A program made the translations under genes and the position numbers. Below, piece by piece: positions 31,509 to 39,777 of a stretch of DNA of 64,000 nucleotides; position 1 is the first letter of the stretch, and each line of letters begins with the position of its first letter. The notes beneath the pieces are model-generated. The model had not been told where the DNA came from. It saw only the letters and a program-made list of their open reading frames with translations, and searched no databases. The stretch is from Cyanophyceae cyanobacterium (lineage in GTDB: Bacteria > Cyanobacteriota > Cyanobacteriia > Cyanobacteriales > Laspinemataceae). The stretch spans positions 224,001 to 288,000 of the forward strand of contig JBBQFN010000002.1 of assembly GCA_038321985.1 (NCBI GenBank), read 5' to 3'.

Positions 31509-33224
31509 ATGTTTTGGCCCGACGGACACACCCTGCAAAACGGTAAACTGGTGATTGAGCAGGTTCTCGGTCAAGGTGGATTCGGCATTACCTACAAAGC
31601 CATCCATCGCGGGTTTAACGCGCCAGTGGTGATTAAAACGCCGAACGCTTTTCTCCGGAAGGACCCCGAATATCCGAAATATGTGCAGCGTTTCATCCGA
31701 GAAGCCCGAACATTGGCTCAACTGGAACAGAATCCTCACCCCAATATTGTCCGGGTTAAGGATTTATTTGAGGAAAAAGGTGCCCATTGTTTGGTGATGG
31801 AGTTTATCGATGGAACGACCTTATCTGACTATGTAAAGCAACGCGGCCCCTTATCTGAAGCAGAGGCCCTGAGCTATATTCGCCCGATCTCCGATGCTTT
31901 GGTTCGAGTGCATGAGGTGGGTTTGGTACATCGAGATGTCACCCCGATGAATATTATGCTGCGGGATAATGGGCAGCCGGTTTTGATTGATTTTGGCATT
32001 TCTGGGGAGATTGTCCCCTCGTCTATTAGTTCCAAAATGTTTGGCAATCGTGCCTTTGCGCCCTATGAACAGTTATTTAAGGGCGATCGCAACCCCACAG
32101 TCGATATCTATACCCTGGCCGCTTCCCTATACTACCTGATTACCGGACAACTCCCCCAGGATTGTTTTTCCCGCAAAGTGGATGATGAGCCATTGATTGC
32201 CCCCAAAGACTTAGTGCCCATTAGTCAGCCGATCAATGATGCGATTCTCACAGCAATGGAATTGCTCCCGAAAAAGCGCCCTGCTTCAATGGCAGCGTTT
32301 TTAGGGTTATTATCCCCTGCACCGGCCCGAGTTCCTGAAAAAATCTACCACTACGAAATCATCACCCTGAATCAGCAAGGGGAAATTGCCCAACGGCAAA
32401 AGGGACAGAATCGCGGCATTCTGGAAACTACCCTCGGCTTAAACCTAGAAATGGTCGTGATTCCTGCGGGAGCATTCCTCATGGGATCGCCGGAGAATGA
32501 AGCGGGGCGAAGTAGTGACGAAAGCCCGCAACATCGGGTGATTTTACCCGAATTTTTGATGAGTCGCACGGCTATCACTCAAGGGCAATGGCGAATCGTT
32601 GCTCAACTCCCCCAAGTGATGCGTTCCCTAAAGCCTGATCCGGCTCACTTTAAAGGCAATAACCACCCTGTAGAACAGGTGAGTTGGGAAGACTGTATCG
32701 AATTCTGCCTGCGGTTAAACCAAGCTACGGGTCAGTTCTACCGCCTCCCCAGTGAAGCGGAATGGGAATATGCCTGTCGCGCTGGAACCACCACCCCCTC
32801 CCACTTCGGCCCCACCCTCTCCCCCCAAGTTGCCAACTATGATGGCAATTACATCTATGGTCAGGGCAAAAAAGGGGAATATCGAGAAAAAACAATTCCC
32901 GTGGGCAGTTTAAATGCGCCGAATGCGTGGGGATTGCACGATATGCATGGGAATGTGTATGAGTGGTGTTTAGATGATTGGCATGATAGTTATGAAGGTG
33001 CGCCAACCGATGGGAGAGCCTGGATAGAGAATAATAATCATTCTCAAAATAATATGGACTGGCTTAAGGATTTATTGAATAAAGAATCAACTAAAAAGCT
33101 GCTGCGTGGCGGTTCCTGGAACTACTACCCGTGGGTCTGCCGTTGTGCCTATCGCCTCAACGGCACCCACGACTACTTCGACAGCAGCAGGGGTTTTCGT
33201 GTGGTGGCCCCCAGAACTTCTTAA
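31509..33224 (+). CDS. Ser/Thr kinase fused to FGE-sulfatase/CLec-fold domain; DGR target protein
   Basis: Kinase motifs GQGGFG, VIK, HRD, DFG. FGE motifs FLMGSP, PVEQVSW, RLPSEAEWEYACRAGT, GLHDMHGNVYEW, LLRGGSW...GFRVV. Directly upstream of avd. Confidence 0.92.
   Translation: MFWPDGHTLQNGKLVIEQVLGQGGFGITYKAIHRGFNAPVVIKTPNAFLRKDPEYPKYVQRFIREARTLAQLEQNPHPNIVRVKDLFEEKGAHCLVMEFIDGTTLSDYVKQRGPLSEAEALSYIRPISDALVRVHEVGLVHRDVTPMNIMLRDNGQPVLIDFGISGEIVPSSISSKMFGNRAFAPYEQLFKGDRNPTVDIYTLAASLYYLITGQLPQDCFSRKVDDEPLIAPKDLVPISQPINDAILTAMELLPKKRPASMAAFLGLLSPAPARVPEKIYHYEIITLNQQGEIAQRQKGQNRGILETTLGLNLEMVVIPAGAFLMGSPENEAGRSSDESPQHRVILPEFLMSRTAITQGQWRIVAQLPQVMRSLKPDPAHFKGNNHPVEQVSWEDCIEFCLRLNQATGQFYRLPSEAEWEYACRAGTTTPSHFGPTLSPQVANYDGNYIYGQGKKGEYREKTIPVGSLNAPNAWGLHDMHGNVYEWCLDDWHDSYEGAPTDGRAWIENNNHSQNNMDWLKDLLNKESTKKLLRGGSWNYYPWVCRCAYRLNGTHDYFDSSRGFRVVAPRTS
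33096..33224 (+). other. DGR variable region (VR) at the 3' end of the target gene
   Basis: Between GGSW and GFR (33120-33191), 21 of 24 codons end in C or T, including 12 consecutive NNC codons. This is what adenine mutagenesis of an AAC-rich template leaves behind. Confidence 0.8.
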
Positions 33225-33269
33225 CCCTCTACTCTTTTTCCCTCTTTCCCTCTTTTGGCGCGGAGCGCC
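33225..33269 (+). promoter_or_regulatory. Putative DGR IMH tract and GC-rich target-recognition hairpin
   Basis: Pyrimidine tract CCCTCTACTCTTTTTCCCTCTTTCCCTCT, then GGCGC-GGA-GCGCC (33257-33269, GRA triloop). The hairpin is followed by a T-run, so it may also act as a terminator. Confidence 0.6.
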
Positions 33270-33347
33270 TTTTTTTATTTTTTTTAGCTAACCCTCCACC
33301 TGACTATGGTTTGATAAAGAAAGGTAACCTATTTTTTACAAACGGGA

Positions 33348-33566
33348 ATGGACGAACTGCCGATTATTCAGAAAACCTATGATTTGATCCAATGGTATAT
33401 TCCCCTTCTCAACCGATTACCCCGAGATCATAAAATGATGCTAGGAGAGCGGATTGTTATCAATCTCTATGAATTCCTAGAGAATCTGATTATAGCACGA
33501 TATTCATCTCAAAAAAGCAACTTATTGCGTGCCCTAAACCCGAAACTTTCTATCCTGCGCTATTAG
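33348..33566 (+). pseudogene. avd: Truncated DGR accessory variability determinant Avd
   Basis: MDELPIIQKTYDLIQWYIPLLNRLPRDHKMMLGERI...KLSILRY is the typical cyanobacterial Avd N-terminus. It stops at 72 aa and lacks the usual C-terminal helix (EIG..LGGW). Confidence 0.85.
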
Positions 33567-33736
33567 AACGGTCCTTTATTGATACCTTATACACAAACCG
33601 CATCGGCTACGGTAGCCACCGCACCCTAGAAAAATTCACCACCCTTGTCCGCACTCACCGCTACATTCTCCAGTGCGATATTCGGAAAATTTTTCCCACC
33701 ATTAATCATACCCTGCTCTTCAACTCGCCAGAATAG
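33563..33736 (+). pseudogene. Internal fragment of a DGR reverse transcriptase
   Basis: Manual translation: LERSFIDTLYTNRIGYGSHRTLEKFTTLVRTHRYILQCDIRKIFPTINHTLLFNSPE*. It matches the DGR-RT block FE+xFIxxSYANRxGxGxHRA...YxLxCDIxKYFPSIDH. No YxDD motif is present. Confidence 0.82.
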
Positions 33737-33892
33737 CTCAATGGGAATTGGGTTAGCGTGCGATCGAGGAGTTCAGTTTCATTCCGGTGATGCCTCGGCA
33801 TCCAAATATCTCGTCACCCAAAGGTGGGGGAGTAGGAACATCCGAAACCCGACTAATGGGATAATGAGGGCAAATTCTATCATAAAAAGCCT

Positions 33893-34852
33893 ATGCCGTG
33901 GGAAAAAGGAACAACACTAAAGAATGGAGCCTATACGATTGAGAATGTGTTAGGGCAAGGGCGATTTGCCATCACCTATCTAGCCCGCGATCGCATGGGG
34001 GAACGGGTGGCGATTAAAACCCTCAATCCTGATTCCTCGGTTTTGGGGCAAATGAGCGCGGCGGATCGCCAAGCCTTCAGTAGTAAATTTTATGATGAAG
34101 CGGTCAAACTGGCAAAATGTAGACATCCCCATATCGTACCCGTGCGGGAGGTGTTTGAGGAGTCAATGCGCGCTTGGTTGAGCCAAGTCCGGTATGCTTG
34201 TATTGTGATGGACTATCTCGACGGATTGGATCTCGATCATCGGCGATCGCCTCGTCTCCCAATCGCTGAGGTATTACGCTATGGACGACAAATTGGCTCG
34301 GCTTTGATTGCCGTCCATGCACAAAAGATACTCCATCGGAATGTGAAACCGGGGAATATTATCATACGAACAGATCGGGGTAAAAGTGAGGCAGTTCTGA
34401 TTGCTTTTGGTTTAGCGCGTGCTTTTGATCATCCCCTCACCCAACAAATTACGAGTAGTGGGTTTGCTCCCATTGAGCTATACTCAAATAAATTTGAGTG
34501 CGGCCCTTGGACCGATGTTTACGGGTTAGCCGCCACACTCTACACATTACTCACCGGAAAACCCCCAGAGGATGCCCTAGCCCGCCATGATAAAGATGTA
34601 ACGCTGGACTTAACTCCCCCGCGATGTTATGTTACCCAGATTAACAAGCGAATGAATCAGGCGATCGTCCAAGGTTTAGCCGTGATGCCTGGCGATCGAA
34701 CCCCATCAATTCCTCAGTTTTTACGACAATTGGGAGTTGGACAGTGGTATGTTCCCTTTCCGAATTGGGATGTCAATGTTTGGATACAGGTGGGCATTAT
34801 GGTAGGAACTCTTCTCGGGGCAACTGCGACGATCATAGCCTTGTTGAAATAG
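33893..34852 (+). CDS. Ser/Thr pseudokinase with C-terminal transmembrane helix
   Basis: Kinase fold (GQGRFA, VAIK, APIE, DVYGLA) with HRN in place of HRD and AFG in place of DFG. Hydrophobic C-terminus VWIQVGIMVGTLLGATATIIALLK. Confidence 0.85.
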   Translation: MPWEKGTTLKNGAYTIENVLGQGRFAITYLARDRMGERVAIKTLNPDSSVLGQMSAADRQAFSSKFYDEAVKLAKCRHPHIVPVREVFEESMRAWLSQVRYACIVMDYLDGLDLDHRRSPRLPIAEVLRYGRQIGSALIAVHAQKILHRNVKPGNIIIRTDRGKSEAVLIAFGLARAFDHPLTQQITSSGFAPIELYSNKFECGPWTDVYGLAATLYTLLTGKPPEDALARHDKDVTLDLTPPRCYVTQINKRMNQAIVQGLAVMPGDRTPSIPQFLRQLGVGQWYVPFPNWDVNVWIQVGIMVGTLLGATATIIALLK

Positions 34853-34959
34853 GGCTTTTGCAGAAGTCTTCTCTCCCAAAAAGAGGGGGAATTCAGTTCA
34901 TCGGATTTGATTCGGAACTTGTTATAATACATAAATCCTGATTAACAGTTACCAGGACT

Positions 34960-35616
34960 ATGGTTCAAACTCCTATCTCCTCTGATATTCTCTACCCAGA
35001 CTCTGATGGTAAGCCGATGGCGGAAAATACCCTACAGTATCGCTGGATTGTGCGGTTAGTCACTAATCTCAAGCAACTCCTTAAGTCACAAGTTGCCTTT
35101 GTTGCGGGGGATTTGCTCTGGTATCCGGTTCGGGTAGAACGTCCTCCCGCACCCTGTCAAGCGCCGGATGCGATGGTGGCGTTGGGTCGTCCGGATGGCG
35201 ATCGCGGTAGTTATAAACAGTGGGAAGAAGGCAACATTGCCCCCCAGGTGGTGTTTGAAATTCTCTCACCCAGTAACACTGTCAGCGAAATGGCTGCTAA
35301 ACAGCAGTTTTATGAACGGTATGGTGTCCTGGAAATGTTTTTTTATGACCCCGAATCCCATGACTTTTGGGGTTTTCATCGGGCGACGGCGCAAGATAGT
35401 TTGATGCTAATTACCCCGCTACATTTGCCCTGGATTTCTCCTTTGCTGAATATTCGTTTTGAAATGTTCGCCGATGGTTTAGCGGTGTATCATCCCGATG
35501 GGGAATTGTTCAAGGAACCGGGGGATTTGTTTGATGAACGGAATCAGGCACAACAAGAACGCGATCGCGCCTTTGCTAAACTTCGAGAACTGGGGATTGA
35601 TCCAGAAACTCTTTAA
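34960..35616 (+). CDS. Uma2 family putative endonuclease
   Basis: YPDSDGKPMAENT, APDAMV, PQVVFEILSPSN, short coiled-coil tail. Confidence 0.9.
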   Translation: MVQTPISSDILYPDSDGKPMAENTLQYRWIVRLVTNLKQLLKSQVAFVAGDLLWYPVRVERPPAPCQAPDAMVALGRPDGDRGSYKQWEEGNIAPQVVFEILSPSNTVSEMAAKQQFYERYGVLEMFFYDPESHDFWGFHRATAQDSLMLITPLHLPWISPLLNIRFEMFADGLAVYHPDGELFKEPGDLFDERNQAQQERDRAFAKLRELGIDPETL

Positions 35617-35796
35617 AAATTGATATCACTGGTCTAATGAGCAACAACAAATGACAAATGTCAGAGGAGAACTGCCCCCTCCTTTACACCTTGACAGGGC
35701 TACCTCTTTACACCTCTATCAACTCTCACTCTAGTTTATGCTAAGTGCGTTCAGTCTGCTGCAATAACGGTGGACGGAATTGTTGGATTGGGCAAA

Positions 35797-35857
35797 AAAC
35801 CGGGTTTGTTGCCTAAATCTCTGTCAGACAAACGAGATTTAGGCACAAACCCGGTTT
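35797..35857. repeat. Long inverted repeat (AAACCGGGTTT family), probable terminator of gnd
   Basis: AAACCGGGTTTGTTGCCTAAATCTC ... GAGATTTAGGCACAAACCCGGTTT. Confidence 0.7.
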
Positions 35858-35873
35858 GTTAAAGACCTTACTC

Positions 35874-37331
35874 TTACTCGGGTTGACCTGTTTTGCTCAA
35901 GGTTTCTGCGGAAACTTCTGTCCATTCGGTATGGAAGAATTCACCCCGGGGTTTATCGGTACGCTCATAAGTATGAGCGCCAAAATAATCCCGTTGGGCT
36001 TGTGTGAGATTTTGTGGCAGGCGATCGCGACGGTAACTGTCGAAATAATCCAGGGATGCACTAAATGCCGGAACTGGAATTCCCATTTTATTCGACAGGG
36101 CGATTACATCCCGCCATGCTTCCTGGCGGTCCAAAATCGTCTGTTTGAATTCCGGTGCCAGCAGCAAATTCGGTAATTCTGGATTTTCATCAAAGGCTTG
36201 CTTAATTTTATCTAAGAAAGCCGCCCGAATAATACAGCCGCCTTTCCAAATCCGGGCGACTTCGCCCAGATTTAAGTTATATCCAAACTGTTTGGATGCT
36301 TTACTCAATAAATCCATCCCTTGAGCGTAGGAGCAAATTTTAGAGCAGTATAAGGCATCGCGAACCTTATTAATAAATTCCTGGGTATCTCCCTCGAACT
36401 TGAGGGTAGGTCCGGTTAATTGCTCAGAAGCGGCAACCCGTTCCTCTTTGAGGGAAGACATAATCCGGGCATTCACCGCAGCGGCGATCGTGGGAATAGC
36501 AACCCCCAATTCCAATGCATCAGCAGCAGTCCAGCGTCCGGTGCCTTTTTGTCCGGCAGAATCCATAATCATTTCCACTAAAGGACCGTTGGTTTGCGGG
36601 TCGAGGTAGCGGAAAATATCAGCGGTAATTTCAATCAAAAACGAGTCTAGTTCTGGGGTGGTATTCCACTCAGCAAATACTTTGTGTAACTGGCGATGGT
36701 CGAGTCCGAGAATGCTCTTAAGCAGGTCGTATGCTTCGGCAATAAGCTGCATATCTCCATACTCGATGCCATTGTGCACCATTTTCACATAGTGACCGGA
36801 ACCGCCAGCCCCGATATAGGTGACGCAGGGACCATCATCGACTTGGGCAGCGATCGCAGTCAGGATCGGTTCTAAATCTCGGTAGGCTTGTTCCGTACCA
36901 CCGGGCATCAAACTTGGCCCCTTGAGCGCCCCTTCTTCTCCACCGCTGACTCCCATGCCGACAAATCCGAGTCCGGTAGACTCCAAGTCTTTAGTGCGGC
37001 GTTCTGTGTCTTGATAGAGGGAATTTCCCCCATCAATAATCATGTCGCCCTCTTCCAATAAGGGCTTGAGTTGAGTGATGACCGCATCCACGGGACCCCC
37101 CGCTTTCACCATGAGCAGGATGCGACGGGGGCGTTCTAGGGATGCCACAAAGTCTTCTAGGCTGTAGGTGGCTTTGACTTGTTTCGTGCCTCCCCTTGCG
37201 GCCATGAATTTATCGGTGACGCTGCCAGTACGATTGTAAACAGCGACGGGAAACCCCCGGCTTTCCACGTTCAGGGCCAGGTTTTCTCCCATGACACCTA
37301 GACCAATCACACCAAATTTCTGCTTACTCAT
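35874..37331 (-). CDS. gnd: 6-phosphogluconate dehydrogenase, decarboxylating (NADP)
   Basis: GLGVMG, MGVSGGEEGA, GHYVKMVHNGIEYGDMQ, QKGTGRWT, QAQRDYFGAHTYER. Confidence 0.98.
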   Translation of the reverse strand: MSKQKFGVIGLGVMGENLALNVESRGFPVAVYNRTGSVTDKFMAARGGTKQVKATYSLEDFVASLERPRRILLMVKAGGPVDAVITQLKPLLEEGDMIIDGGNSLYQDTERRTKDLESTGLGFVGMGVSGGEEGALKGPSLMPGGTEQAYRDLEPILTAIAAQVDDGPCVTYIGAGGSGHYVKMVHNGIEYGDMQLIAEAYDLLKSILGLDHRQLHKVFAEWNTTPELDSFLIEITADIFRYLDPQTNGPLVEMIMDSAGQKGTGRWTAADALELGVAIPTIAAAVNARIMSSLKEERVAASEQLTGPTLKFEGDTQEFINKVRDALYCSKICSYAQGMDLLSKASKQFGYNLNLGEVARIWKGGCIIRAAFLDKIKQAFDENPELPNLLLAPEFKQTILDRQEAWRDVIALSNKMGIPVPAFSASLDYFDSYRRDRLPQNLTQAQRDYFGAHTYERTDKPRGEFFHTEWTEVSAETLSKTGQPE

Positions 37332-37798
37332 AAAGTTTTGGGTCTTCTTGTGTTTCTGACTTTTACCTTTTCAGGGTAGCCCGATCTGAGTAATTGTTCA
37401 GGTCACCCCAAGGGAAAAGTTTATCTCCACTTCCCCTCCGGAACTAGGGAATTACTGGCCCTCAAATGTTGGCAAACACTTTACTACAGGGGCTGTGCTG
37501 TTTCTCTGTCAACTTGAAACCGAAGGACTCTGTGTTGACCGATTCTTGACAAATGAATCCAATTAGGAGGGTTAAGTCTAAGCAAATCCTTAAGATTCTG
37601 GGAGGATTCCGGTCACCTTCCCTGCGATCGCCTAGGCTAACCGTCCGCTAAACCCCACGAGATCCCGACTCATCTTCCAAATGCAGCATGATCGTCTTTG
37701 GGGAAGATCCGATTGGACTCTGTGGAACGGTAGAATGACCATTGTAGAGACGAACGGGTGAGTCGTCCTTGTAGTAGACAGCAGAGGGAACCGGCATT

Positions 37799-39565
37799 AT
37801 GCTTCCATACATTCTGGCCTTAGCCGTCGCGGTGGGTAGCTTCGCGATTTATATGGCCGCTTTCTTTTTTCCAGAAGTCCATCGCAAAGGCGATTTAGTT
37901 TGGAGTGGCGTTGGACTGTTTTATGCCTTGGTCTTATGGTTCTGTGCAGGACAAATTTCAGGTGCAGTCCTGCTTGGACAAATGGCGAGTGTGGCGTTAT
38001 TGGCATGGTTTGGTTGGCAAGCGTTGATCTTGCGCCGACAAACCACGCCAGTCATAGAACAAACTCCTGTGTCTGGGGAACAACTTGATCGCCTCACCGG
38101 AGGCTTAACAGGTATCTTTAAACCCAAATCAGTACCAAAGGCTCAAACTGTACCCCAACCCCAGCCTCAGATAACGGTGAAGGCAGAAAAGCCCACAGTT
38201 GCCCCCACTCCAGGGGCAACTATTCCCGAGGTCCCTCCAGTACGGGTAACCCCGGAACCCTTGCCTACGGTAAAACCCGCCGCTAAGGTAACCACTCCAA
38301 AACCACAGGCCCCTCGATTTGCCGATCGCTTTTCCCTATTCTTTAAAGGCAAAGACAAAGATAAATCTAAAGCCAAACTCGGGACAAAAACTCAGCCCCA
38401 ACCCCCTGCTGAGGTGGCCTCGGTTGCTGTTCCAGAACTTACTCTGGTCCAACCTCCCGTCCCCGTGGAAGCCCCACCGGCTGAACCGACTCTGATTCAA
38501 CCCCCCGTTCCTGTGGAAGCCCCACCGGCTGAACCGACTCTGATTCAACCGGAACCCAACGTAATCCCTGTGGAACTCCCTGCTGAATTGCCGACTGAGG
38601 CATCGGATCAGAGCCTAGAAATGCCAGCGGCAGCGGCTCTCGAAGGCGCTACGATGGAATCTGAGGTATTCGGGGATGAGGACTTTGGCTTTGAAGATGA
38701 TGATTTACAGGGTCCAGGGATAACCAAAGCCGATGCTAAAGCTGTAGCCAACTCCATCCCCGTTACCACTCCCCCACTCGATCAACCGGCAAAGCTAACC
38801 CCGAACAAAGCCGGGGCAAAATTGGCAACTCCGGGAGGCAAACAACCGCAGGGTCCGAGTTTGTTGAACCAAATTCAAGAGGGAATTCGAGGATTGCTGA
38901 ACTTCGGCAAGTCGCCTAAAGTGAAGCCTTTATCCCCGAGTCCAAAGCCGCTGGAGACGACGACTCAAGTTGAACCCAAATTGGCGATCGCAGAGGACTT
39001 AAAAGAGATAGCCGACACCAAACCTCCGCAAGAAACGGCGACTGTTGTAGTTAAGACTGCCGACGTGATTGTGGAGGTCACTGTGGAGCAAGGAGAACCC
39101 GTTGAGGTGATTACTTTCCCCACTCTGCCGGAACGCCAACAGGTAGAAGCCTTGAGAACGACAGAACTGGAAGCAACCGCACCTAATCCACTGCAAGTCC
39201 AACCGCCAGAAGTGATTCAGGACGTGGGAGGGGAAATTTTCCCAGAGGGTAGGCTGACTGCTAAACCTGTTGAGGAATATGCTTTAGAAGTCGAACTTGC
39301 ACCGGCTGCGGAAGTAGTCATTCCCCTAGAGGACATGATCATAGAGGTGATAGAGGTTTCTGAAACTGTGGCAGAAGTGGAGCAGGCGCAGCCGGAGGAG
39401 TTGGAGTCATCTGTGACAACAAGCGATCGCCTCTTACAGCGCCCGCAACGCCCAGATCCGGCAGTAGCAGAGGCACCCCCACAATCGGAGGAAGCCCAAT
39501 CTCAAGTCACCCCACCGACTGAAGCGGAACCCCCCTCGGAGAACAAAGCCAATCCTTTCTTCTAA
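37799..39565 (+). CDS. ycf66: Ycf66 family protein with long Pro/Glu-rich extension
   Basis: N-terminal AFFFPEVHRKGDLVWSGVGLFYALVLW...LLGQ Ycf66_N pattern, then about 500 aa of low-complexity tail. Confidence 0.78.
   Translation: MLPYILALAVAVGSFAIYMAAFFFPEVHRKGDLVWSGVGLFYALVLWFCAGQISGAVLLGQMASVALLAWFGWQALILRRQTTPVIEQTPVSGEQLDRLTGGLTGIFKPKSVPKAQTVPQPQPQITVKAEKPTVAPTPGATIPEVPPVRVTPEPLPTVKPAAKVTTPKPQAPRFADRFSLFFKGKDKDKSKAKLGTKTQPQPPAEVASVAVPELTLVQPPVPVEAPPAEPTLIQPPVPVEAPPAEPTLIQPEPNVIPVELPAELPTEASDQSLEMPAAAALEGATMESEVFGDEDFGFEDDDLQGPGITKADAKAVANSIPVTTPPLDQPAKLTPNKAGAKLATPGGKQPQGPSLLNQIQEGIRGLLNFGKSPKVKPLSPSPKPLETTTQVEPKLAIAEDLKEIADTKPPQETATVVVKTADVIVEVTVEQGEPVEVITFPTLPERQQVEALRTTELEATAPNPLQVQPPEVIQDVGGEIFPEGRLTAKPVEEYALEVELAPAAEVVIPLEDMIIEVIEVSETVAEVEQAQPEELESSVTTSDRLLQRPQRPDPAVAEAPPQSEEAQSQVTPPTEAEPPSENKANPFF
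38435..38550. repeat. 48-bp in-frame tandem repeat (about 2.4 copies, EPTLIQPPVPVEAPPA)
   Basis: Direct repeats visible at both DNA and protein level. Confidence 0.9.
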
Positions 39566-39660
39566 GTTAGTAGTAACGACTTTAGTCGTTCTTATCTAAG
39601 TTAGTAGTAACGACTTTAGTCGTTCTCTTGTCTTTGTTTGTAGTAACAACTTTAGTCGTT
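39561..39660. repeat. Cluster of three GTAG-type REP-like palindromes
   Basis: GTAGTAACGACTTTAGTCGTT twice in tandem with a 34-bp period, plus a third copy GTAGTAACAACTTTAGTCGTT. Confidence 0.85.
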
Positions 39661-39777
39661 CCGGGGAGTAAAAAAACCCCCTCCCTCCACCCCGGAGCTT
39701 TTATCGCCACCCTAAATGAATTGACCTCTTGCGATCATCGAATGAAAGCAAGAGGTTTAAGAGGGAAATGATAGGGA

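Noticed and set aside
33348..33736. Programmed -1 frameshift producing a functional Avd-RT fusion
   Set aside because: No slippery heptamer at the junction, and the RT part lacks the YxDD catalytic motif. A deletion scar is simpler.
33225..33892. Template repeat near the DGR
   Set aside because: I found no AAC-rich copy of the VR between the target and avd, after the RT fragment, or elsewhere in the window (visual scan only).
33645..33920. ORF-track 91-aa ORF (also 33106-33291 and 33131-33382)
   Set aside because: These are alternate-frame shadows of the RT fragment and the VR, with no recognisable motifs.
39561..39660. Possible mini-CRISPR array
   Set aside because: Only three 21-bp units with 13-14 nt spacers (the first two units form a tandem duplication), no cas genes, and GTAG-palindrome structure typical of REP elements.
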